64,000 nucleotides of DNA from assembly GCA_051362555.1 (NCBI GenBank), contig CM120644.1, positions 18,870,534-18,934,533 of the forward strand, given 5' to 3'. The DNA is from Lingula anatina. Lineage: Eukaryota; Animalia; Brachiopoda. Position 1 is the stretch's first letter. The number at the start of each line of letters is the position of its first letter. Positions 14,191 to 26,100 of the stretch are shown one piece after another. Below the pieces are notes generated by a model. That model was not told the DNA's origin. It did no database searches and saw only the letters and a list, made by a program, of their open reading frames with translations. The translations under genes and the position numbers were made by a program.

Positions 14191-17100
14191 GCTCTTGTGC
14201 ACGCATTCTAACCGAGGACACACACCCGCCCGAAACCCACTAACCGAGGACACACCTCCAACCGAGGACGTCCTCGGTTGACATAAGCACTGGAATGCAT
14301 AAAGGGGCCCATTTCAAGTTAGGTGGTGAAATTTGACGCTATTCTGAGCCAGTCCTCGGTTATGCTGTATAGCGCGGGCCAAATTCCCGCCACGAGTGTA
14401 TCAGAAATACTGTCCAATTTTTTGTCTGAAATCGGGCTATACACACGCGTCCTCGGTTGTGCTGTAAAGGGCGGACCAAATTCCGCGTCCTCGGTTGTGC
14501 TGTAAAGGGCAGACTAAACTGAAACTAATGTTATATCTCAGATGTCTATATATTCAGTAAGTTCATATTTTTAAACTAAAGGTCTTTTTTATCAAATTAA
14601 GCTCTCCTAGGCCGTTACGTAACTACATAACTATCATCGCACTGTACATATTACGGCACGCTTCTTTATTAGTACAACTGACTTGGAGTGGTTTAAATAA
14701 AGAAGAACTGTCTGAATTTGTGGCTCACTCGGTAGATCTTAGGACCGACAATCTTTTGAGGGTGCAAGAATTACTCTGAAGTATCAAATAAACGTACCGG
14801 TACGTTAATTAATTTTCCAAATTTCTTCCCGCCGGTACGCTCCATTTTCACCCAGTACGCTTATTAATTTTTCAAAAATCTTCCACCCGGTATGTTTATT
14901 AAATACATATTGTACCGGTGGGAACTTACACAAGTACAAGTCACGCTTTTTATTTTCTTAAATTGAAGTATAATGAGAAGAAAATTGAGATCTCAACTCA
15001 TTACCGACTCTTCTACCAACAGCACTGGAAAGTAGGTCAAGCGGAAGTCGCTCTCTGAACACAACAGTACATGCGTCACCTGATTTCAGTTCCTATAAAT
15101 AGACGTGCTTTCCCTTCAACAGTGACAACTACTCATGTACATCGATCGAATGATGCAATGTCGCAAGGTGATAGGATCATATTTATAGCTAAGGAGTCAT
15201 TTCAAGTGCAGCAAAGAAGTTGTGCCTGTTTTCAAACGTCAATTATTTCATGCCGATTTATGATTTAAACGATGTTAAATCACATTTCTATGTAAGATAA
15301 ACCCTTAGGAGTTTACAGGTATGCAAAACGAACCTTATATCTGAGAATAAATTTACTATGAATAACGTCTCCGTATGGCTCTCGGAGGCGGCTTAGGTGC
15401 GACATATCTGGGTCTTCGGCCCCTGACGATTATGAAATTTAACTCATGGCAAATATATATATATATATATTTTTTTTTTTAAATAAATTAGATATCCCGT
15501 TTTTAAGATAAATTATAATACTGAGTGAATTTTACCTGGTGAATTTTTTTTTTTACAATGATCAATAGCTAGCTTTTTTCTTTCTCTTCTTCTTCTTTAC
15601 TTTTATTTATTTATTTCATTTTTTTTTTTTTTTGGGGGGGGGGGGGGGGGGGGAGTGGTGCAAAGGTTTTTTCCACCCAGTACTTTTATTCCATCCAGTA
15701 ATTTTATTAAATTTCGAGATTTTTTCCACCCAGTAGGGGCCTACTTTTATTCCATCAGTACTTTTATTAAATTTTGAGATTTTTTCCACCCAGTACTTTT
15801 ATTCCATCAGTTCTTTTATTCGATACTTCAGAGTAAATGAAAAGGGTAAATGGATCGTCCGTAAACCCCCTTTACACTGGGGCGGCGTCCTTTGTGCGAC
15901 CAAGAAACTGGCATCACTGTGGTCGTAGAAAGGAGGTACAAGCATTGCTTTGGTTGAAAAAAATGAATATTTGGTGATTGGCCAGTTGTCAGAAAGTTAA
16001 GTATTATAATTTTGTACTCTCAAATGGATCCGTACTACAGGACGCAGAAAGGACGCCGTCCAGTGTAAAGGGCCCCTTAGCTAACTATGAATTAATCTAC
16101 CCCTGATAGTTTGAAGAAGGCTATGACATTATGAAACATTTATTATTACATAATGGCTCTGCGAACTACAGTCACTTCTTTTCACCTGTAGATCTGACCT
16201 GTTTGTTATACACCTGGCTGCTAGAATAAATACTAAATCTAACAACTGAAGTGAAATTATATTTTGAATGGGCCCCTGTCGGTCCATGTCGCTAACACAG
16301 AGCACACATATTCATAAACACGGCATTTGCAAGAACCGCTTTGTGAAATAAAAAAAGAAAAAAAAGACGCCCCGACAATTACGCGTCCTGATATATAGGC
16401 CTACAGTTCGGATATGCACACGGCAAAAACGATTAAGGGACCGTTCCCAGATCCTATCGTACTAACTATGGATCGATCTCTCCCAGAAGGAATGCTATAT
16501 AAATTGCAATCAACGTAATCAGTGTGATCTGGCCAATTTTACAAAGTTACTGTTTTTCCCTTTTCTCAGCATGATATTATATGCGATGCAACATTTTAAA
16601 GAGAACCGATAGGTCTATTTTCATGAAACTCACAGAACTGATGAATATTAGTTAAACACAGGTCAAGTTTGAAAATCTTCATAATGGGCTGCTTTTTTTT
16701 TTCAGAAAATTTGCTGTTGTTTTTGCTTTTTTCAGCATACATGCAACACTGTAAACACAGTTCAAGGAGAAGCAATAGGTCTATTGTCATGAAACTCACA
16801 GAACTGATGATTATTAGTAAAAGGGTTGTCAAGATCAAAAATCGGCATATCCGGGCCATTTTTTGTCAAAAGTTATGCTGTTTTTTTTCTGCCATTTTCA
16901 GCATATAAGTAACACTGTAAGCACATTTCAGGGAGAACCAATCAGCCTGTTGTCATTAAACTCACAGGAGTGATCAATGTTACCAATATACAAATCAAGT
17001 TTGAAAATAGGATTGATTGGTTGAGTTTTGTGGAAGTTGTGCTTTGTTTTGATATATATAAGTGGTTTTCCTCAGATTTGATTGTCAGGCATGTTGACAG

Positions 17101-20100
17101 TTTCGTTATTGAACTAACTAGATATGTAAATATGTTAGTGTTTGTTTGAAATTTTCTGCATCTTTACAACATTGCTAGTTGATTATAGAAATATGACGGT
17201 AAACATGTTATCATGTACTGTGTTATACAGTGTCTCAAAATGGAGGCAATTGGGTGATTATTTTCAAAAGTTTTGCATTTTTTCTCCTTTTTTCATTGTA
17301 CATGCAACACTGTAAACACATTTCAAGGAGAACCAATAGGCCTCTTTTCATAAAACTCACAGAACTGATGATTATAAGTAAAAGAATGGTCAAGATTGAA
17401 AATCAGCATGACCAGGCCCTTTTCTTTCAAATGTTATGCTGGTTTTTTTTCAGCATATATGTAACACTGTAAGCACATTTCAAGGAGAACCAATAAGCCT
17501 GTTTTCATGAAACTCACAGAACTGATGATTATAAGTAAAAGAATGGTCAAGATTGAAAATCAGCATGACCAGGCCCTTTTCTTTCAAATGTTATGCTGTT
17601 TTTTTTAAGCATATAAGTAACACCGTAAACACATTTCAAGGAGAACCAATAGGCCTCTTTTTATAACACTCACAGAACTGATGATTATAAGTCAAAGAAT
17701 GGTCAAGTTTGAAAATCAGCATGACCAGGCCCTTTTCTTTCAAATGTTATGCTGTTTTTTTTTTTTTTTTTTCAGCATATAAGTAACACTGTAAGCACAT
17801 TTCAGGGAGAACCAATCAGCCTGTTTTCATGAAACTCACAAGAGTAATCAATGTTATCTATATACAAATCAAGTTTAAAAATAAGATTGATTGGTTGAGT
17901 TTTGAGGGACTTCAGCTTTTATTTGTATATAAGTGGTTTTCCTCAGATTTGATTGTCAGGCATGTTGACAGTTTCGTTATTGAACTAACTAGATATGTAA
18001 ATATGTTAGTGTTTGTCTGATATTTTCTGCATCTTTACAACATTGCTAGTTGATTATATAAATATGACGGTAAACATGTTATCATGTACTGTGTAATACA
18101 GTGTCTCAAAATGGAGGAAATGAGGTGATTATTTTCAAAAGTTTTGCATTTTTTTCTCCTTTTTTCAGTGCACATGCAACACTGTAAACACACTTCAAGG
18201 AGGACCAATAGGCCTGTTTTCATGAAACTCAGAGAACTGATGATTATTAGTAAATTAAAAAGAAGGATCAAGATTGAAAATCAGCATGACCAGGCCCTTT
18301 TCTTTCAAATTTTATGCTGGTTTTTTTTCAGCACATATGTAACACTGTAAGCACATTTCAAGGAGAACCAATAAGCCTGTTTTCATGAAACTCACAGAAC
18401 TGATGATTATTAGTAAAAGAATGGTCAAGATTGAAAATCAGCATGACCAGGCCCTTTTCTTTCAAATGTTATGCTGTTTTTTTTAAGCATATAAGTAACA
18501 CTGTAAGCACATTTCAGGAAGAACCAATAACTTAAAGCCTGTTTTCATGAAACTCACAGAACTGATTATTATGAGTAAAAGAATGGTCAAGATTGAAAAT
18601 CAGCATGACCAGGCCCTTTTCTTTCAAATTTTATGCTGTTTTTTTTTCAGCATATAAGTAACACTGTAAGCACATTTCAGGGAGAACCGATAGGCCTGTT
18701 GTCATTAAACTCACAAGAGTGATCAATGTTATCTATATACAAATCAAATTTAAAAATAAGATAGATTGGTTGAGTTCTGAGGGACTTCAGCTTTTATTTG
18801 TATATAAGTGGTTTTCCTCAGATTTGATTGTCAGGCATGTTGACAGTTTCGTTATTGAATTAACTAGATATGTAAATATGTTAGTGTTTCTCTGAAATTG
18901 TCTGCATCTTTACAACATTGCTAGTTGATTATATAAATATGACGGTAAACATGTTATCATGAACTGTGTAATACAGTGTCTCAAAATGGAGGAAATGGGG
19001 TGATTATTTTCAAAAGTTTTGCATTTTTATCTCCTTTTTTCAGTGTACATGCAACACTGTTAACATATTTCAAGGAGAACCAATAAGCCTGTTTTCATGA
19101 AACTCACAGAACTGATGATTATTAGTAAAAGAATGGTCAAGATTGAAAATCAGCAAGACCAGGCCCTTTTCTTTCAAATTTTATGCTGCTTTTTTTTTTT
19201 TTTTTTTTTTTTTTTCAGCATATATGTAACACTGTAAGCACATATCAGGGAGAACCAATAACTTAAAGCCTGTTTTCATGAAACTCACAGAACTGTTGAT
19301 TATTAGTAAAAGCATATTAGTAACACTGTAAGCACATTTCAGGGAGAACCGATAGGCCTGTTGTCATTAAACTCACAAGAGTGATCAATGTTATCTATAT
19401 ACAAATCAAATTTAAAAATAAGATTGATTGGTTGAGTTTTGAGGGACTTCAGCTTTTATTTGTATATAAGTGGTTTTCCTCAGATTTGATTGTCAGGCAT
19501 GTAAACAGTCTCATTTTTGAATTTTCTAGATATGTAAAATGGGTTGTTTGACAATTTCTGCGTCTTGACAATATTGCTAGTTGATTATATAAAAATGGTG
19601 GTAAACCTGTTATCTTGTATTGTGTAAAAAAAAGTGCCAAAATGGAAATGAACTCGTATCATTGTAGTTTGTCAGATTCAATCATTCACAATGTTCGGAA
19701 TGGAGGAAATTGGACATTTAAACTTGTTATATTGATATTTTTGCCATCTCAACAATTTTCTTAGTTGATCATGTGAAATGGCAGTAAACTGTATTATTTT
19801 ATGTAAAAAAGTTAAAAATGGAAAGAAACCCATTTCAGTACAGTGCTCTCTTGTATACATTTAGCATTTTCAAAGTATGACTTTGGAGTTCCATGAACCT
19901 GAAAACCTTTGCTAGTCACATTTTCTGAATATTCATGATACTAATATTTTATTATAAAAAATTGATGATCATTATGCTGTTAAGCATTATATAATATTGC
20001 ATCAAATTGGAAGAAAGCACAATTTTGGGTGCTGCTGGCATGATGTCCTCAATTGTAAAATTGTGTACTGTGCAAGTCTGTATCCAATGGACGACACTTT

Positions 20101-21983
20101 GTGTTATCAAAATATAAAATTCATGATAATAAAAGAGTGCTAAATAGAAAATAAGCATTATGAAAATAAAATGTTTGAAAACGAATTTCTTTGGTCTTTT
20201 ATTTTATTTCATCAGTATCCTTTCTTTTCCTAAATTAATTGATGTTTTATCTCATAATCTTCAATTCTAAAAAAGTGGCAAAGCCCAGCATTAAATATTG
20301 TATAACTGTTCATTTAATCATCTCCTCTGGTGTTATTTTGGAATTTACCTTAAATATGAAAGAATTTCATAAAAATGTGAATTGCTGCAAAGTAACGCTA
20401 TATAAAATTTGCTTTGCATTAAAAGTACAATCATTATTATATGTAGATGCATGCATGTCCTCGGTTGTAATGTGTAGTGTCTGTCCGTGTGTGTGTGTCC
20501 GTGTGTGTCCTCGGTTAGAATGTAAAATTCTTGTCAGCAAAAAATTAGTTTTTATAAAAAATTAATTTATAACATTCATACTCGAATAGATTTTACCCTA
20601 AATTGAATGTTTTTATTTTGATTTAACCAAGGAATAAGATGTCCTCGGTTGTATGGTGTTGTGCTGATGTCCTCGGTTGGTACACATAGACAAGTATGTG
20701 TGCGTGTGTGTGTGTGTGCGCGCGCGCGCGGTATGTACGTGTGTGTTCGTGTTCTCGCGCATGCGTGCATACATGTGTGCATGTGGGAGAGTATATGTGT
20801 GTATATGAAAGAAGCCTTCTTTTGGTGATGACTGTCAATCGCCTCCCAGTATTTGCACCATATTTTCGATTGCGCCTGCAATGATGTTACCAATCCGGAT
20901 ATACAACACATGGTAAAGGGAGTTTTTCTCTTTAAGAAAATCTTTTTTTTTTAGTTTATAATGTGTTTCCGAACACAAAATAGAAATGTCCGAACGAAAA
21001 ATGTATATTGATGAAAGATTAAATGTGCATTCACTTTGGTTGTAAAACAGTACCACTGGTGATATTAACAAAATTGTCTTACTTTTACGTAATCATTGAA
21101 TTGAAATTATTTTAAAACAAACATGGAAATGGTCATCTTATGCAGCATCCCATAAGCTTACTTAAGTTTTTAAATACTTGACAAATGCATCTCTTTGTTG
21201 AATTCCAGATACAGACAGCAATGGAACCACCAACAAGATATGTTGTGAAATGGGTAAAGTCCCCTCAGAGAACAGCTGTGCGGAACGAGCCGAGACGCTC
21301 TCAGAGCCGTGCAAGACTGCCTTCCTCGACTGCTGTACGGACCCCGACAAAGACAGCGACAACGACGCCGTTAAAAAGACGTGCTGTGCTATGGCCACGA
21401 ACCCATCCGACCGAAGCTGTGCTGACAGATCCGCCTCCCTGACTGAGCCGTGTAAGAGTGCCTTCCTCGGTTGCTGTACAGACGGAGCCCAGAACAGCGA
21501 AGATGTTAAAATATCATGTTGTGAGCAGGGAACAAAACCGTCGAGTCGAACCTGCGCCGAGAGAGCCACGTCCCTCTCCGAGCCTTGCAAGAGCTCCTTT
21601 CTCGGGTGTTGTACAGACGGTGGTGATAGTAACGCCTTCCATAAAGTAACCTGCTGCAAAATGGGGTCGAACCCATCCGACAAAAGCTGCGCAGACCGAT
21701 CGGCGTCCCTCATTGAGCCCTGCAAGAGTTCTTTCCTCGGCTGCTGTAAGGACGGTGATGAGGATAACGTAGCCGCCACTAAGCAGAAGTGTTGTGACAT
21801 GGCGCTGGCGCCGTCTGACGGAAGCTGCGCCGAGAGAGCGCAGTCTCTGTCAGAACCCTGTAAGAGCGCCTTCCTCGGCTGCTGCAAGGGGCCCGATTCA
21901 GGAATTTTGGGAGGTGAATATAATCTATGAATTATCGTCGGAGATTGAGGGAGAGGGCTGGTTGGCGTGCGTGTATGTGTGCA

Positions 21984-22040
<57 letters not shown>

Positions 22041-23139
22041 AAGTTTATTAAAAATAGATCTATGTCATATCCTATTTTATATTTTAGGTAATGGTACCAC
22101 CGGATCCATTATTATTAAAAATGCCACTAACAATACCACACCAGGTGAGTGTCACCCATGTTCAAGTAGAAAAAATGCATTGGCTGCCTTTATTTTTTCC
22201 TCAGGGTTACTCTGCTGTTTTAGTAATGAAGGTTTTGGGAAAAGCATGTATCTTCTGTATCCTCCTCAGGGAGGCGAGAAGTCTACAGCCAGTCTGACGC
22301 AGGTTCCAAAAAGGTTGCGATCTGTTTAAACCGCACTAAAACGCACCTGCGTAAGAACCATACTTTATAAGCAACATACCTTTCTTTACATTGAAATCAC
22401 CTTGATTTAAGCGACTGCAGGTGCATGCATCACTTTTTGCGTCACTCTGATGGACTCGCGAGCACTTTCTATGGTCTATAGATAAGTGAATAGTATTTTG
22501 AATTCAAATATATATATATATATATATTCGTATTTTTCTTGGTTCAGTGAGGAGAGCAAATAATTTTCGAGGCAATTTGACTCATTTTTTACATTAATCT
22601 TATTAAAAAATAAACTGCCATGTTGACTACGTACTTATTGTTTTGTTGAGCTGGGTTTGGTTCTTTGATTCTTACTTCAGGTTTTAACGCTCTCTTTCGG
22701 CGTACTCACTGTTTCACAGCGAGTGAAATCGCAGTGCGCGATAATTGACGTTTGTTTATATAACCTGCCAATCAAGCTGTTATTACTTGACAGCAGCTAT
22801 AAAAACTATTTTCAGAAAAAGCTGGTTGCGCTGTTAACAATGGCGGCTGCTCTCACACCTGTACGGATGCGGACGGCGGTGTCAAATGTTCCTGTTCGGC
22901 GGGGTATGTTCTGGGTAGCGACGGGAAGACTTGTGAAGGTGATTGCTTGGTTTTTTATTGTAGCAATGTATCATTCTTGGCAAAACTGGCACCTGGTCCT
23001 TCTTTTTATCTCACATTAAGTACATACCTATAATCATCAACTTTGAAATTTGTCCACAGTCTGTATATCTATTCAAAGATAAGTGTAGGAAAGTGAGTTG
23101 TAAAATTTTTGATTTTCTCTAGATTTGACTCTGTTTTAC

Positions 23140-23190
<51 letters not shown>

Positions 23191-26100
23191 GTCGTAATTA
23201 CATTAGCAGCAGCAGAAGCGGCTGTAGTATAGTAGTAGTTGGTACCCATATAGAAGAGGAGAGCAACATCAAAAAAAAAATACGGGGTGTTTCTTTAAAA
23301 ATGCTGTGCGTTTTAACAACTGCTAGAGTACGAAATATAACGATCTCATGACTTCACCGTCTTATATTATGGTTTAGACGATGACGAATGTGCGGTCAGG
23401 AACGGCGACTGTAGTCACACGTGTAAGAACAACCTGGGCGGATACAAATGTGAATGTCCGAGTGGATATGAACTCGAGGATGACCAACTCACCTGCAGGG
23501 GTAAGACTTATCACTTAAAAATTCTGGGGTAAAATTAACGGTGCTAATGCAGTTGTAGTAATGTTATAATTTTGTAATGTTTGTGCATTATACTTGATGA
23601 TTTTTTCTCTGTATCAGGGGGATGGTGCATTGTTTCATTGTCATCTTAATGAAAACTGGACTTGAATTCTTTATGATGATTTTATGTTAATTTAGTAGGA
23701 TATACGTGAATGAAATTGAAGTTGGCTGGTCGATAGGCCTATACAGAAATAAAGTTTTTCAGTTATATTTTAAACGCTTCATAACCGACTGTAATATAGC
23801 ACCCCAACTCTGCATTTTTCAAACAAATTTCGAAAGTCGTTCCAACTGTCATTGGCACAGATTTAAGGCAAAGTTAGACTTATTGAAGAATAAGAATTAG
23901 AGAAGAATTTCATCGGCTCTGTTATGTATAAGAATGAAATATTGGAGGTAAAAACTATTTCTTATTAAGCTGCTGACTGAAGAAAAATTACTTCATTCTT
24001 AGAATAAGAATTGTTTTGCAAATGGAGCAGAAAATTGTAAGGACACATTCTCAAAGAATGAATAAAATTTAATAGATAAATAAATATATAAATAAATAAA
24101 AGAAACGTCTCTCCACAGGCCCTGATCCATTGTGTTACGGAGGCCAGGTTTGGAAGACGTGTGGCAGCGACTGCACCGCCACCTGTGAGGAACGCGACAC
24201 ACCATCGATGTGTACCTTGAACTGCGTGGCGCGGTGTGAGTGTCCGCCAGAGAAACCCTACTATCACAACTACAGATGTGTGGACGAGACGGAATGTCCC
24301 ACTCCTGGTCCTATCACTAATGACACCACGGGTAAATTTGAAAAATTCACCAATTGACCCCGCTAATTTCTTTTTTCGCGAACAATGGTCCTATTATGCA
24401 TGGAAGCTAACGCGATGGTAGTCAAAAGTCGTGAAATTACGTCTTATTCTAAAACAACAGTATACGCGTTAAAATGCGCAGTCATGTACATTCTCCCAGG
24501 ACTACAGATTGATTTTCGATGAATATTCACGGATATTGAATTTTGGAGAATCACGTGACTGGGTTGATGTTTTCTCGACCCGTTTCTCAGGCCGCATTCA
24601 GAACAGTGGACTCACTGGTCCGCGGGACAAATATGGCGACCCACTAAAAAGTTTTCCGTCTAAATCGCTAACAGACGCTGAATAGATTCCCTGTGGGGAA
24701 GTATTCAAGTGGGTCGGCCATATTTGACCCTCGGACTAGTTAGTCCACTGTTCTGAATGCGACCTTGAACCGATGCGCCACTAACAATCTCCTTGTTGTT
24801 TACTTCGATATACTGTATATAAAAGTGGCGGTTAATTTCGGATTAGGTTTAATGATGACAGTATCTCCCAGATGCGACTTCATTGGACCTCTTTTCAACA
24901 TAGCGTTTTATTATTACATGTACTCTATTTAATACTTTCTGTAGAATGCTTCATGTCAGGATTTATCATTATTTTTCTGACAATTCTTTGCAATCGTTGT
25001 TACTTTAAAATTGTACTATTGTGAATTATTTTATTCCATTAAATCAAAATTGTCTATCTATTTTTATGCAGGACCGATTCCTACATTGAGTAAGTACTGA
25101 TCAAACATCGTTGATACATTTGTAACAGCAAACTGTTGATTTCTTATATAAAGTGGTATTTTAATGGTGTCTTTTGATAAATATAAAATTGGACACGAGA
25201 AGAAATTCACAATTTTGTTATGTAAATGTAAACTAAGTGATTATTTTCAACGTCATAATTTATGCCAATATTAATGTCTGATTTTTGTAGCATATAAAAA
25301 CTTGGATATACTGTACGTAGATGGAAATGCGGATACCTGTTACTTTATGTGTAATAAGTTTAACTGTTCAGGTTAAATACAATTTTGACGTGAACTTAAT
25401 GCCATCAAAAATATATAATTGACAGAGTGTCCGAAAGAGCCAGACCCTAGAGAATACCTCGGCACCAAACAACGCGCGTGTACGGCAGACATGTACTGCG
25501 GTGTTAAAGAGAAGTGCTGTCGTTCTAAAGTCCTTGGATGTGTGTGCTTCCCGGGGACATATGACGATGTTCCCGGACGCATGGAGAATAGGACCGAGCA
25601 AGTACCAGGTAAAATCACATTCCCGTCCTTTTCCCACTGCTACGTCATCCCACAGCCCATATCCTACGTCATCCCACAGCCCATCTCCCACGTCATCCCT
25701 CAGCCCATATCCCAGATTATCTCCTCATCCTCACGCCATCCCTTAGTCCAGCTCCAAGTCATCCTAGAAGTGGTTGCCAATATTGCAGCCTTCCAAATAA
25801 GTACATTAAAATATACAGTGAGTCAATGAAATAAAAGAACAATGGAAAGAAATACTCTATTAGAGTGCTCGTTTATGATCAGATTTGGCCACCTGGTCTT
25901 CTTTGTTCCAACTCTCTATCCCACCAGAAAACACACATCACTGGAGAACAGATAAAGTATTGCAGCTGAACAATTAAGCCCGACTTCCAATTCTTTCTCT
26001 ACACCGCTCTTAAACTCTGGTTTTATTTTCACATATAAGGGTTTGTATCAAAATATAGTGATGATAAAAAGTTAAGTGTTTCTAATTTGTTTCCTTGCTG

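Larger units (their letters stand above)
14204..20521. mobile_element. ~6.3-kb non-coding TIR-bounded element in intron 18
   Basis: CATTCTAACCGAGGACACAC ... GTGTGTCCTCGGTTAGAATG termini; repeated AACCGAGGAC subterminal motifs; no transposase ORF seen. Confidence 0.65.

Noticed and set aside
16596-19640. Repeated 60-87-aa ORFs (MQHCKH...)
   Set aside because: Translations of the tandem repeat; variable poly-T tracts break the frames; no splice signals fit.
21162-21887. 241-aa minus-strand ORF (also 12896-13543 - and 27183-27833 +)
   Set aside because: Antisense shadows of real exons on the opposite strand.
21209-21913. Calling the large gene fibulin or complement C3
   Set aside because: No fibulin C-terminal domain and no thioester/macroglobulin domains; no gene symbol assigned.
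25609-25829. Read-through VIPQPIS repeat extension of exon 25
   Set aside because: Lies after a good CAG|GTAAAA donor whose phase matches the final WAP exon; treated as an intronic minisatellite.
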